Below, one piece after another: positions 46,027 through 55,785 of a stretch of 64,000 bases of DNA (positions are counted from its first letter, which is position 1; each line of letters begins with the position of its first letter). The stretch is from Gammaproteobacteria bacterium (lineage in GTDB: Bacteria; Pseudomonadota; Gammaproteobacteria; Eutrophobiales; Eutrophobiaceae). The notes beneath the pieces are model-generated. The model saw only the letters and a list, made by a program, of their open reading frames with translations. It was not told the origin of the DNA and did no database searches. The position numbers and the translations under genes are program-made. Where the stretch lies: assembly GCA_965116495.1 (NCBI GenBank), contig OZ220696.1:2400001-2464000 (forward strand), written 5' to 3'.

Positions 46027-47320
46027 CAAGAGAGTCTGGAGCTTACAGGTCGTCGGCCTGGTTTGCCTTTATTGTATCTCATTCACTACGGTTGCGAGTG
46101 AGCGGTTGCCGAACATTATTGTCGTGCTGGCAGACGACCTGGGTTACGGCGACCTGGGAGTTTACGGTTCCACGTTGCTGGAAACACCCCGGCTTGATGC
46201 AATGGCGCAGGAGGGTGTGATCCTGACGGACTTTTATGCGAGCGCCTCGAACTGCACACCGAGTCGCGCCGGCCTGTTGACCGGCCGCTACGCCATCCGC
46301 AGCGGACTGGCCCACCAGGTGCTTTTTGTCCACGACAGGCACGGTCTGCCCCGGGAAGAAGTCACCATTGCCGAAATGCTGCAGCCGCTGGGTTACCGCT
46401 CTGCAATCATCGGTAAATGGCATCTCGGCCATACCTCTGAGCATTGGCCTACAACCCAGGGCTTCGACCACTACTACGGGCTGCCGTACAGCAATAACCA
46501 GACCCCTCTGGCGCTGTATCGCAACGGCGCGAAGATTGAAGAACCTGTCCGGCAAGCGACCCTGACGGAACGCTACACCGCCGAAGCCATCCGTTTTATT
46601 GAACAGAACAGGGATCAGCCGTTCTTCATTTATCTCTCGCATACGGCGCCGCATGTCCCGCTGCATGTATCCGGGGACTTCACAGGCAAATCGCGCGGCG
46701 GTTTGTACGGCGACGCCGTCATGTCCCTGGACTGGAGTACGGGGGAGTTACTCGATGCATTGCAACGGCTTGGACTGGATGAACGGACACTGGTAATCTT
46801 CACCAGCGACAACGGTCCTTATCCGCAAGGAAGTGCCGGCGGCTTGCGCGGCAGCAAGGGCACACCATGGGAAGGCGGGTACCGGGTACCGTTTATCGCG
46901 CGCTGGCCCGGCAACATTCCTGCCGGCGCCATAGCAAACGGCATTTCGATGAACATAGATATCCTGCCGACACTGCAGGCCATAACCGGAGCCGTTTTAC
47001 CTGCGGGGATCGAACTGGACGGCAAAAACATCGAAGAACTGTTCCAGGGGAGTTCAGGTTCGCCACATGAGGTACTGTATTACTTCAGTGACGAACGCAT
47101 TGCCGCGCTGCGCACCCGGGACTGGAAAATGGTGGTGCAGGCGCGTTATCGCGGCATCGACCGCCGCTTACCGGAGCACGGCGTCCTGTTGCTGTTCGAT
47201 ATGCGGAAAGACCCCATGGAACGTTACAGCATGGAAGCGCATCGACCTGACAAATGGCGGGAATTGCACACCTACCTGGAACGCGGGCAACGTGAACTCG
47301 AATCGCTGGCGAAAAAGTGA
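46004..47320 (+). CDS. Cys-type arylsulfatase, paralogue of the preceding gene
   Basis: PNIIVVLADDLGYGD, NCTPSRAG..TGRY and GKWHLG motifs; start overlaps the upstream gene. Confidence 0.92.
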   Translation: MKASTKTDKRVWSLQVVGLVCLYCISFTTVASERLPNIIVVLADDLGYGDLGVYGSTLLETPRLDAMAQEGVILTDFYASASNCTPSRAGLLTGRYAIRSGLAHQVLFVHDRHGLPREEVTIAEMLQPLGYRSAIIGKWHLGHTSEHWPTTQGFDHYYGLPYSNNQTPLALYRNGAKIEEPVRQATLTERYTAEAIRFIEQNRDQPFFIYLSHTAPHVPLHVSGDFTGKSRGGLYGDAVMSLDWSTGELLDALQRLGLDERTLVIFTSDNGPYPQGSAGGLRGSKGTPWEGGYRVPFIARWPGNIPAGAIANGISMNIDILPTLQAITGAVLPAGIELDGKNIEELFQGSSGSPHEVLYYFSDERIAALRTRDWKMVVQARYRGIDRRLPEHGVLLLFDMRKDPMERYSMEAHRPDKWRELHTYLERGQRELESLAKK

Positions 47321-47507
47321 ACCACTCCGATCTCAACTGGATAACAACGAAGTTTGCTTCCATATTAAACGCAGCATTTAACAAGGCAGCGATTAAGACT
47401 TAAAAAATCTCAACCATTGCATTACCTCGCTTTGTTATTTAAACTTAGACCATTAAAGTTTAATAACGTTCCCGGCTATTCAGAAACTTTTAATAAGAGA
47501 CACCCTT

Positions 47508-48671
47508 ATGCAGCGCAAGGAAACAGGCCGATATGAAACCATAAGTATTGTGGGCGAACGAGTCCGCGCCTTTGTGCCGGCGCCATTGCCACCTGAACCC
47601 ACCCTGACGTTGGATGGCTCATTCCAGCGTCTGCTTGAAACGGCGATGCTTGCATTAGGCCGCCTTGACGGAATAACGACACTGCTGCCGGACAAGACCC
47701 TGTTTTTGTACTCTTATGTACGTAAGGAAGCAGTGCTTTCCTCCCAGATCGAGGGAACACAATCGTCTTTTTCTGACCTGTTGCTCTTCGAACTGGATGA
47801 AGCGCCCGGAGCGCCACTTGAGGACGCGCTCGAAGTTTCAAACTATGTCGCGGCGCTGGAACATGGCCTACGCCGTTTGAAAGAAGGTTTTCCATTATCC
47901 AACCGGCTAATTCGAGAGATTCACGGAGTACTTTTATCCAGTGGGCGCGGCAGTACAAAAGATCCCGGGGAATTTCGCCGTTCGCAGAACTGGATCGGTG
48001 GCTCCAGACCAGGTAATGCTGTTTTCGTGCCGGCGCCGCCCAGCGCGGTACCCGACTGCATGTCCGCGTTGGAACGTTTTCTTCACACTGAAGATGACGG
48101 ATTACCGACACTGCTTCGGGCCGGACTTGCTCACGTGCAGTTTGAAACCATACACCCCTTTCTTGACGGCAACGGGCGCGTGGGACGCTTGCTCGTGACG
48201 CTCCTGTTATGTCATGCCGAAACATTAAGCGAACCCCTTTTGTACCTGAGTCTCTATCTCAAGCAACACAGGAATGAATACTACCGGCAATTGAACCAGG
48301 TCCGCCAAACCGGCGATTGGGAGACATGGCTGAGCTTCTTTCTGGAGGGAGTAAAACAGACCGCTGAGGGCGCAGTCAGCACGGCCCAACGCTTGTCCCG
48401 GATGTTTCAGGATGACCGCATTCGTATTGAAACGATCGGACGCCGCGCCGGGTCAGCCTTGCGTCTATACGAGGCGCTTAAGACGAACCCCATACTGAGG
48501 CTGTCGGCGGCCAAACATCTTTCCGGACTCTCTTTTCCCACCACTTCCTCAGCCATGGAAGCGCTTGTCCGGCTGGGAATCGCACGGGAGATCACCGGAA
48601 AGCGCCGTGATCGGCTGTTCGTGTACGACCAGTATCTTTCCATTTTCAACGAAGGCACGGAGGTGACGTAA
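47508..48671 (+). CDS. Fic family protein with internal inhibitory motif
   Basis: HPFLDGNGRVGR catalytic motif, SSQIEG inhibitory motif, C-terminal HTH-like region. Confidence 0.93.
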   Translation: MQRKETGRYETISIVGERVRAFVPAPLPPEPTLTLDGSFQRLLETAMLALGRLDGITTLLPDKTLFLYSYVRKEAVLSSQIEGTQSSFSDLLLFELDEAPGAPLEDALEVSNYVAALEHGLRRLKEGFPLSNRLIREIHGVLLSSGRGSTKDPGEFRRSQNWIGGSRPGNAVFVPAPPSAVPDCMSALERFLHTEDDGLPTLLRAGLAHVQFETIHPFLDGNGRVGRLLVTLLLCHAETLSEPLLYLSLYLKQHRNEYYRQLNQVRQTGDWETWLSFFLEGVKQTAEGAVSTAQRLSRMFQDDRIRIETIGRRAGSALRLYEALKTNPILRLSAAKHLSGLSFPTTSSAMEALVRLGIAREITGKRRDRLFVYDQYLSIFNEGTEVT

Positions 48672-48711
48672 TGCACTGTATCAGTGTGTTCCGATTGGCA
48701 GAGGACGAGAC

Positions 48712-49359
48712 ATGACGCCGGCGCGTTTTGTAAAGGAATTAACCAGCCTGAAATTTAACCATACGTTCAACCCTTATTCTGACCGATGCGCTGTCCACGA
48801 CCTGGATGGCGCGCCACGTAGCCGGTCACAGACATTACAGGCTATGCTTGAGGCAGCAACGGAACGGGAAATTGATTCCTTGTGGATTGGGAGAGATCTT
48901 GGTTATCGCGGCGGCAGGAGGACAGGGCTTGCCCTGACTGACGACGTGCATGTTCAGACTCACGCCGAACGCTGGGAGTTGTCGGTTGAGCGGCCAACGA
49001 AGGGCGGAGAAGTCGCCGAACAAACTGCAGCCATCGTCTGGCGGGTTCTCTCACAAATCAAGGTACCTGTTTTTCTTTGGAATGTTTTCCCGTTACATCC
49101 TCACGAACCCGGCAATCCTTTCAGCAATCGTTCTCATAATGCTCGCGAACGCAGGGCCGGGGAAGAATTTCTCTCTGAGCTCATCCTGCTTTTGAAACCA
49201 TGCCGGCTTGTTGCAATCGGCAATGACGCGGCGCGAGCTGCACGTCATTTAGATGATCAACAGGGAGTCATCCAGGTGCGGCATCCCAGCTATGGCGGAC
49301 AGACACAATTTTTGACACAAATGGGTGAATTGTACGACCTGTCTGGAAATAGCGCATAG
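48712..49359 (+). CDS. Uracil-DNA glycosylase superfamily protein
   Basis: FNPY, IGRDLGYRGGRRTG...TD, LWNVFPLHPH...SNR and RHPSYGG motifs. Confidence 0.8.
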   Translation: MTPARFVKELTSLKFNHTFNPYSDRCAVHDLDGAPRSRSQTLQAMLEAATEREIDSLWIGRDLGYRGGRRTGLALTDDVHVQTHAERWELSVERPTKGGEVAEQTAAIVWRVLSQIKVPVFLWNVFPLHPHEPGNPFSNRSHNARERRAGEEFLSELILLLKPCRLVAIGNDAARAARHLDDQQGVIQVRHPSYGGQTQFLTQMGELYDLSGNSA

Positions 49360-49370
49360 GAAATTGAGAC

Positions 49371-51440
49371 GTGATGTATAAACCGGAACGCGCCCTGGAA
49401 CTGCTGAGATTGGGATCCGGGCTGCCTGGTGCAGAGTTCCGGGAGGGTCAGGAAGGAGCCATCCGACATATCGTGGCGGGAAATGGTCGTCTGTTGGTTG
49501 TGCAAAAAACGGGCTGGGGTAAAAGCTTTGTTTATTTCATTGCAACGAAACTGCTACGTGAAGCGGGTATGGGTCCGGGGCTTCTCATCAGTCCTCTACT
49601 ATCACTTATGCGTAACCAGATAGCCGCGGCAATGCGTATGGGTGTTCACGCGGAAACTGTTAATTCTGATAACCAGGACCGCTGGGAGAAGGTTGAAAAT
49701 GCCATAGATCGTAATGAGGTAGATATACTGCTTATCTCACCCGAAAGGCTCGCCAATGAACATTTTCGCACCCAGGTACTGGCAAAGATCAGCAATCGGA
49801 TCGCGCTCCTTGTGATTGATGAAGCGCATTGTATCTCTGACTGGGGTCACGACTTTCGCCCACACTACCGGTTAATCGAACGCATCATCCGCTTCTTGCC
49901 GCCTAATCTCCGTCTGTTGGCGACAACGGCAACGGCGAATAACCGGGTAATTGATGATTTGACAGAAGTACTTGGCCCAAACCTGGAAATATCACGTGGT
50001 GATCTCAACCGGCCCTCCCTTACTCTTCAGACAATCCGTTTGCCGACCCAGGCTGAACGACTCGCATGGTTAGCCGAACAGTTACCTGTGCTACCAGGTA
50101 ACGGGATAATTTATGCACTCACAAAACGTGATGTGGAACAGGTAAGTGAATGGCTGAAATCCTGTGGGTTGAATGTTGCCGCATATACGAGCGAGACAGG
50201 TGACCTGCGGCCTCAGTTAGAAGATGCACTTCTTCAAAACAAGGTAAAGGCACTGGTCGCAACAACAGCATTGGGAATGGGTTTCGACAAACCGGACTTG
50301 GCTTTTGTTATTCACTACCAGACACCAGGATCTGCAGTAGCCTATTACCAGCAGGTCGGTCGCGCGGGGAGGGCACTTGCCGCAGCATACGGAGTGCTGT
50401 TGGGCGGACAGGAGGAAACCGAGATCACTGACTACTTTATCAAGAGTGCATTTCCAACACGCGAGGAAGTGCAGGAAATACTGGATGCCTTGGAGAATGA
50501 ACCTGGAGGGTTGTCAGTTCCCATGATTGAGGCAACGGTCAACATCAGTAACAAGCGTATAAAGAAGACCACACTGCTCCTTTCTTTGGAAGCGCCTGCT
50601 CCCATTGCCAAGCAAGGAACCAAGTGGCAACTGACCCCTGAAACACTGAGTCCCACCTTCTGGGAACGAGCAGAGCGTCTAACGGAACTACGAAGAGTGG
50701 AACAGGAGCAAATGCAGGAATACGCAGGGTTGACTTCCAATCACATGAACTTCCTTATTCAAGCGCTGGATGGGAAACCAAGCAGTATCCTTCCACCAAG
50801 CTTGCCACCTTTAGCCACGGAACCTGATACGGTGCTGGTTCGGAAAGCGGTCGCTTTCCTGCGGCGCACGAGTCTATCGTTCGAACCGAGAAAGCAGTGG
50901 CCGTCCGGAGGGTTGCAGCATTACAATTTATCCGGGCGAATAGCTTCTGGTCTACAGGCTCAACCTGGCAAGGCGCTTTGCATTTGGGGCGACGCCGGTT
51001 GGGGTGGTTTAGTACGAGAAGGGAAATATCATGATGGATACTTCTCCGATGAACTGGTAGATGCTTGTCACGAATTGATCAAAAAATGGAACCCAAAACC
51101 CTTCCCGGAATGGGTGACTTGTATTCCTTCACGACGTCATCCGGATCTGGCGCCTGATTTTACCAAGCGTCTTGCCAAATCTCTTAACCTCCCGTTCAAG
51201 CAGGTATTAGTCAAGACAGAAGACCGCCCGGAGCAAAAGACAATGGCGAACAGCGCTCAACAGGCCCGTAACATTGACGGTTCGCTGGCGCTGACCGATG
51301 AGGTATTGAGTGACAAGCCATTGTTGCTTGTGGACGACATGGTAGACTCACGCTGGACTTTCACTATTGCAGCCTGGTTGCTCCGATCAAATCATAGCAG
51401 TGAGGTGTGGCCGTTGGCGCTTGCCCAAGTGGGAAACTGA
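49371..51440 (+). CDS. RecQ-like DEAH helicase fused to a C-terminal phosphoribosyltransferase (ComF-like) domain
   Basis: [32 protein letters not shown] and [10 protein letters not shown] motifs; C-terminal [11 protein letters not shown]. Confidence 0.9.
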   Translation: MMYKPERALELLRLGSGLPGAEFREGQEGAIRHIVAGNGRLLVVQKTGWGKSFVYFIATKLLREAGMGPGLLISPLLSLMRNQIAAAMRMGVHAETVNSDNQDRWEKVENAIDRNEVDILLISPERLANEHFRTQVLAKISNRIALLVIDEAHCISDWGHDFRPHYRLIERIIRFLPPNLRLLATTATANNRVIDDLTEVLGPNLEISRGDLNRPSLTLQTIRLPTQAERLAWLAEQLPVLPGNGIIYALTKRDVEQVSEWLKSCGLNVAAYTSETGDLRPQLEDALLQNKVKALVATTALGMGFDKPDLAFVIHYQTPGSAVAYYQQVGRAGRALAAAYGVLLGGQEETEITDYFIKSAFPTREEVQEILDALENEPGGLSVPMIEATVNISNKRIKKTTLLLSLEAPAPIAKQGTKWQLTPETLSPTFWERAERLTELRRVEQEQMQEYAGLTSNHMNFLIQALDGKPSSILPPSLPPLATEPDTVLVRKAVAFLRRTSLSFEPRKQWPSGGLQHYNLSGRIASGLQAQPGKALCIWGDAGWGGLVREGKYHDGYFSDELVDACHELIKKWNPKPFPEWVTCIPSRRHPDLAPDFTKRLAKSLNLPFKQVLVKTEDRPEQKTMANSAQQARNIDGSLALTDEVLSDKPLLLVDDMVDSRWTFTIAAWLLRSNHSSEVWPLALAQVGN

Positions 51441-51442
51441 GG

Positions 51443-52723
51443 ATGAATGAGACACTTTCCCTGAACACGAAGGCGATTCTGCTATTGACCGCGCCCTTGA
51501 TCCTGGGCCGCGGCAAAGGCAAAGAATCCAACGACCTGCTCAAGCCGCGGGAATACACAAAACTCGCCTGTTATCTCCAGGATACGAGCAGGCAACCCGC
51601 CGATTTACTGGGTTTGGAAGCGGATCAAATTCTCAGAGATTCCCACCACATAGTTGGCAAGGATCGGCTCAGGCGTTTGCTGGACCGAGGCTTTCTGTTG
51701 AGTCAGACTGCAGAACGCTGGGGAGCAAGAGGGATCTGGGTGCTTAGCAGGGCTGATGACGATTATCCGAAGAAACTCAAAATACGCTTGAAACAGGATT
51801 CACCAAGCCTGCTGTACGGTTGTGGAGACCGGGAGATACTTAATAGTGGAGGATTGGCGGTTGTCGGTTCACGCAACGCGAATGATGCACTGCTTGAGTA
51901 CACTCAGGAAGTCGGACGATTAACGACAAAGGCTGGCAGAACTATAGTCTCCGGTGGGGCAAGGGGTATTGACCAGGCGGCCATGTCCGGCGCATTAGAG
52001 GCGGGAGGCAGAGTCACGGGCGTTCTGGCGGATGGCCTTGAAAAAACAGTAATGAAACGTGACAATCGAAATCGACTACTGGAAGATCAACTCGTCCTGA
52101 TCTCACCCTACGACCCAAACGCGGGCTTTAACGCCGGCCACGCAATGCAGCGCAACAAAGTGATCTATGCCTTGGCGGACGCGGCTCTGGTAGTAAACGC
52201 GGAGATAAACAAAGGCGGAACCTGGGCCGGGACAAAAGAGCAATTGGAAAAGCTCCGCCTAGTGCCTGTTTATGTGCGTTCCACCGGTGAGAAATCTGGA
52301 GCGCTTGATGCCTTAAAAAGCAAAGGCGCCATGCCGTGGCCGAATCCGGCAGATGCAGACGATCTCAACGCTGTCTTTCAGACTGGATCGTCCAAGGCTA
52401 CAACCCCTCCGACCCAAAGTAATTTAGCTTTCGATGCTCAACATGAATCCGTGAAACCTGGGTTAATGACGGGTGTAACACCCGATTTACAGGTAGCCGA
52501 AGATCCGGTTCTCAGCCCCGCCGAAGAACTGTACCAAACGATACAGTCGTTGATTATCCATATCCTTGAAAAACCCAAAAAAACTGTGGAAGTTGCTACG
52601 GAACTGAATGTCACGAAACGTCAAGCGGAAGATTGGCTGAACCGGCTCGTTGTGGAAGGTATTCTGGAGAAAGGCGGCAGGCCGATAAGGTATGCTATTC
52701 GGCAAAACAGCTTGCCGGGGTAG
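51443..52723 (+). CDS. DprA/Smf-like DNA-binding protein with extended C-terminal wHTH
   Basis: [20 protein letters not shown] and [13 protein letters not shown]...GGTWAG motifs. Confidence 0.88.
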   Translation: MNETLSLNTKAILLLTAPLILGRGKGKESNDLLKPREYTKLACYLQDTSRQPADLLGLEADQILRDSHHIVGKDRLRRLLDRGFLLSQTAERWGARGIWVLSRADDDYPKKLKIRLKQDSPSLLYGCGDREILNSGGLAVVGSRNANDALLEYTQEVGRLTTKAGRTIVSGGARGIDQAAMSGALEAGGRVTGVLADGLEKTVMKRDNRNRLLEDQLVLISPYDPNAGFNAGHAMQRNKVIYALADAALVVNAEINKGGTWAGTKEQLEKLRLVPVYVRSTGEKSGALDALKSKGAMPWPNPADADDLNAVFQTGSSKATTPPTQSNLAFDAQHESVKPGLMTGVTPDLQVAEDPVLSPAEELYQTIQSLIIHILEKPKKTVEVATELNVTKRQAEDWLNRLVVEGILEKGGRPIRYAIRQNSLPG

Positions 52724-52751
52724 AGATAACCCGGTGATTAAACCTGAATAA

Positions 52752-53732
52752 ATGAACGGCAACCTGTCCGAAACCCAAGACCTGAAAGAATCGCGTCTAC
52801 TGAAATTGCCTGAACCGGAAATTCAGGAGAATAACCCGTGGGCAGATGATGCACTGAGACGATCCGATATCGCTGAAAAACTGACGAAACTCATCAGCGG
52901 ACAGTCTCACCCATTCGTCATCAGCCTGCTGGAGGAGCAACGACAGGCCGTCATCCATCGCGCAGTAACCCGGGGCCTCGACCCGAATGTTCGCCTCAAA
53001 CCCTCCGGGGTCGAGTGGCTAGGAGATATTCCAGCGCATTGGGAATGCAGAAGACTGAAGACGATGGGGCGTATCCGCTATGGCTTAGGCCAACCACCTC
53101 GTGAAATGCCAGATGGATTACCTTTAATTCGCGCTGCCAACGTAGACCATGGCCATATCATTGATAAGGATCTGGTCTACGTCGACCCCTCAGCGGTGCC
53201 TGATGGTCGCGATGCTATTCTCAGGGAAAAGGAAATTATAGTGGTTCGGAGTGGCGCATATACGGCTGACTCAGCTATTATTCCAAAAGACTTCGAAGGC
53301 GCTGTCACAGGTTACGACATGGTTGTAACTATAACAAAAGCAATGCCTGAATTCGTTGCTATGGTATTGCTTTGCGCATCTGTGCGGGATGATCAATTAA
53401 TAGTGGAAAGTACCCGCTCTGCCCAACCACACGTGAACGCCGAAGAACTGGGAATGTCGCTACTGTTACTTCCCCCCATAGAGGAACAGTCGGCAATAGT
53501 TGAGTATCTTGACAAAGTCATCGCCGACATTGACACGGCTATTAACCGCGCCCGCCGCGAAATCGAACTCCTGAAAGAATATCGCACCCGCCTGATCGCC
53601 GATGTGGTTACCGGGAAACTTGACATGCGTGAAGCGGCATTTAAACTACCAGAAGTACCTGACGAGTTGACCCTTTCAAACAAGGTTGATGACGTAACCC
53701 GGATGAAGACGTTCGAAGATCACGTTCATTGA
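52752..53732 (+). CDS. Chimeric ORF: KAP-NTPase-like N-terminal stub fused to the C-terminal half of a type I RM specificity subunit
   Basis: First ~57 aa (PWADDALRR..IAE.LT.LI....PFVISL) resemble the start of a KAP P-loop protein. The rest (EQRQAVIHRAVTRGLDP...SGVEWLGDIP.HW...PPIEEQ.AI...LKEYR..LIADVVTGK) is HsdS-like. Confidence 0.75.
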   Translation: MNGNLSETQDLKESRLLKLPEPEIQENNPWADDALRRSDIAEKLTKLISGQSHPFVISLLEEQRQAVIHRAVTRGLDPNVRLKPSGVEWLGDIPAHWECRRLKTMGRIRYGLGQPPREMPDGLPLIRAANVDHGHIIDKDLVYVDPSAVPDGRDAILREKEIIVVRSGAYTADSAIIPKDFEGAVTGYDMVVTITKAMPEFVAMVLLCASVRDDQLIVESTRSAQPHVNAEELGMSLLLLPPIEEQSAIVEYLDKVIADIDTAINRARREIELLKEYRTRLIADVVTGKLDMREAAFKLPEVPDELTLSNKVDDVTRMKTFEDHVH

Positions 53733-53742
53733 AGCCCTGAAA

Positions 53743-54381
53743 ATGCCAGCACCATGTGAGCCAAAAATATACCACATTGTTCATATAGACCGTCTGGCCT
53801 CGATTATTAAAGACGGCTATCTCTCGTGCGACAAAGAAATAGCGCAACACCCACCTCCCGGAACTACCATTGGGATGAGCAATATCAAGGAGCGACGACT
53901 CAGACTGACCTTAAACAGTCATCCAGACTTGCATGTGGGTGACTGTGTGCCATTTTATTTCTGTCCGCGTTCAGTCATGCTTTATGTTTTATTCCGAGCG
54001 AACCATCCCGAATTGCCTTATCGAGGAGGGCAAGAACCAATTATTCATCTTGAGGCAGACTTACAACAAACCGTCAAATGGGCAGACCGGAACAATCTGC
54101 GTTGGGCTTTTACTCTTTCGAATGCTGGCGCCTTCTACTTTGAAGACCGGTGCGACATGGCGCAGTTGAATGAGATTAACTGGGGGGCTGTCGAAGCCTT
54201 GAACTGGCAGGACTGTCAAGAGGGTAAACAGGCAGAATTCCTGATTGAAAAGCAGTTCCCGTGGTCGTTGGTTTCTCGTATCGGCCTCCGGACGCAAATG
54301 GTAAAAAAGCAAGTGAATGATATACTCAATAATGCTCCGCATAATCCACAGGCCGAAATTATCACTAAGTGGTATTATTAG
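53743..54381 (+). CDS. darT: DNA ADP-ribosyltransferase toxin (DUF4433)
   Basis: IYHIVH..RL.SI, CVPFYF.PRS.ML, FTLSNAG and KQAEFL motifs. Confidence 0.92.
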   Translation: MPAPCEPKIYHIVHIDRLASIIKDGYLSCDKEIAQHPPPGTTIGMSNIKERRLRLTLNSHPDLHVGDCVPFYFCPRSVMLYVLFRANHPELPYRGGQEPIIHLEADLQQTVKWADRNNLRWAFTLSNAGAFYFEDRCDMAQLNEINWGAVEALNWQDCQEGKQAEFLIEKQFPWSLVSRIGLRTQMVKKQVNDILNNAPHNPQAEIITKWYY

Positions 54382-54396
54382 AGGGGGTGCAGGAAT

Positions 54397-55458
54397 ATGA
54401 TCGAGTTCAAGACAGGCAACATCCTCACCGAAGATGCCGAAGCATTGGTCAATACCGTTAATTGCGTTGGTTTTATGGGGCGCGGTATAGCGCTTCAGTT
54501 CAAAAAAGCCTTTCCCGATAACTTCAAGTCCTATTCCGCAGCCTGTAAACGAGAGGAAGTACGGCCGGGACAGATGTTTGTCTTCCAGACTGGTCAACTG
54601 ACGAATCCCCACCACATCATCAACTTTCCTACAAAACGGCACTGGAAAGGCAAGAGTCGCATGGAGGATATTGACTCTGGTCTTATGGCACTGGCAGAGG
54701 AAATCCGGTCACGCAATATTCAGTCGATCGCTATACCACCTTTGGGCAGCGGGCTGGGAGGGCTGGATTGGTTTGAAGTGAGGCCGCGCATTGAGAAGAT
54801 GTTGCAACAATTTAATAACTTGAGAGCTATTGTGTATGAGCCAGATGATTCATTGGCAGATACCAAGGTTAATCGCTCGACTGATGTGCCTGCCATGACA
54901 GCAGGAAAAGCCGTTTTGATTAGTCTGATAGATCGCTACATTCGTGGGCTCCTAGACCCGTTTATTACCCTGTTGGAAGTGCATAAACTCATGTATTTCA
55001 TGCAGATTGCGGGAGAACCCTTGCAACTTCATTATAAAAAAGCCATCTATGGGCCTTATGCTGAAAATCTTCGGCATGTGCTGAATGCCATTGAAGGACA
55101 TCTAGTATCCGGCTATGCGGATGGCGGTGACGACCCTGACAAGCAATTAAACCTCGTCCCTGGCGCGCTGGAAGATGCGAATGAATTTCTACAGGATCAG
55201 GAGCAAACCAGGGAGCGATTTGAGCGAGTTTCCGAACTTGTCGAAGGCTTCGAATCCTCATTTGGACTGGAATTGTTATCCACAGTGCACTGGGTTATAA
55301 GTCAGGAAGCAGCCGAAAGTCTGGAAGATGTAGTTAAACGAACCTATGCTTGGAATGACAGGAAGAAACAGTTTTCCCGCCGTCAAATTGAGCTTGTAAT
55401 CAACGTACTTGCGCGGAAAGGCTGGATTGAGAATGCAGGCGCATTGAATACAGCATGA
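54397..55458 (+). CDS. darG: Macrodomain antitoxin
   Basis: ALVNTVNCVG.MGRGIALQFK, INFPTK.HW and SIAIPPLG.GLGGL motifs; C-terminal YGPYA and LELLSTVHW. Confidence 0.94.
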   Translation: MIEFKTGNILTEDAEALVNTVNCVGFMGRGIALQFKKAFPDNFKSYSAACKREEVRPGQMFVFQTGQLTNPHHIINFPTKRHWKGKSRMEDIDSGLMALAEEIRSRNIQSIAIPPLGSGLGGLDWFEVRPRIEKMLQQFNNLRAIVYEPDDSLADTKVNRSTDVPAMTAGKAVLISLIDRYIRGLLDPFITLLEVHKLMYFMQIAGEPLQLHYKKAIYGPYAENLRHVLNAIEGHLVSGYADGGDDPDKQLNLVPGALEDANEFLQDQEQTRERFERVSELVEGFESSFGLELLSTVHWVISQEAAESLEDVVKRTYAWNDRKKQFSRRQIELVINVLARKGWIENAGALNTA

Positions 55459-55755
55459 CCACTGACACCACGGAGCGCGGTCTGGAAAGAATAATATGCG
55501 CCGCGCTGACGGGTCATCCCCGTGACCCGCCTAGGGATAATACGCTTACGGAAATTCCGCCGACTCAAAAGCAAGTAATTTTCGATGAAATAGGAAAAAC
55601 AAGGGTCCCATACGGTGGTGCAGGCAATCCCCCCAACCCCAACGGCCTCAAGATTGACTACCTGTGGAAATAGATTCTGAAACGGGAGAGCCTGACAAAC
55701 ATCATTGAAAACTATGCCCAGGTGGTGACTACGAAAGACGAGAAGACCGGGCAGC
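55455..55755 (+). pseudogene. hsdR: Remnant of a type I restriction subunit R
   Basis: MTTDTTERGLE..I N-terminus, then GNPPNPNGLKIDYLWK*ILKRESLTNIIENYAQ; contains an internal TAG, an apparent internal deletion and a truncation. Confidence 0.75.
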
Positions 55756-55785
55756 AGCTTAGACGAGCTTTATAAACATCCACAC

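Noticed and set aside
49371-52723. Housekeeping recQ and competence dprA
   Set aside because: The RecQ has a PRTase tail instead of HRDC, and both genes lie in a defence-like operon; gene symbols were withheld.
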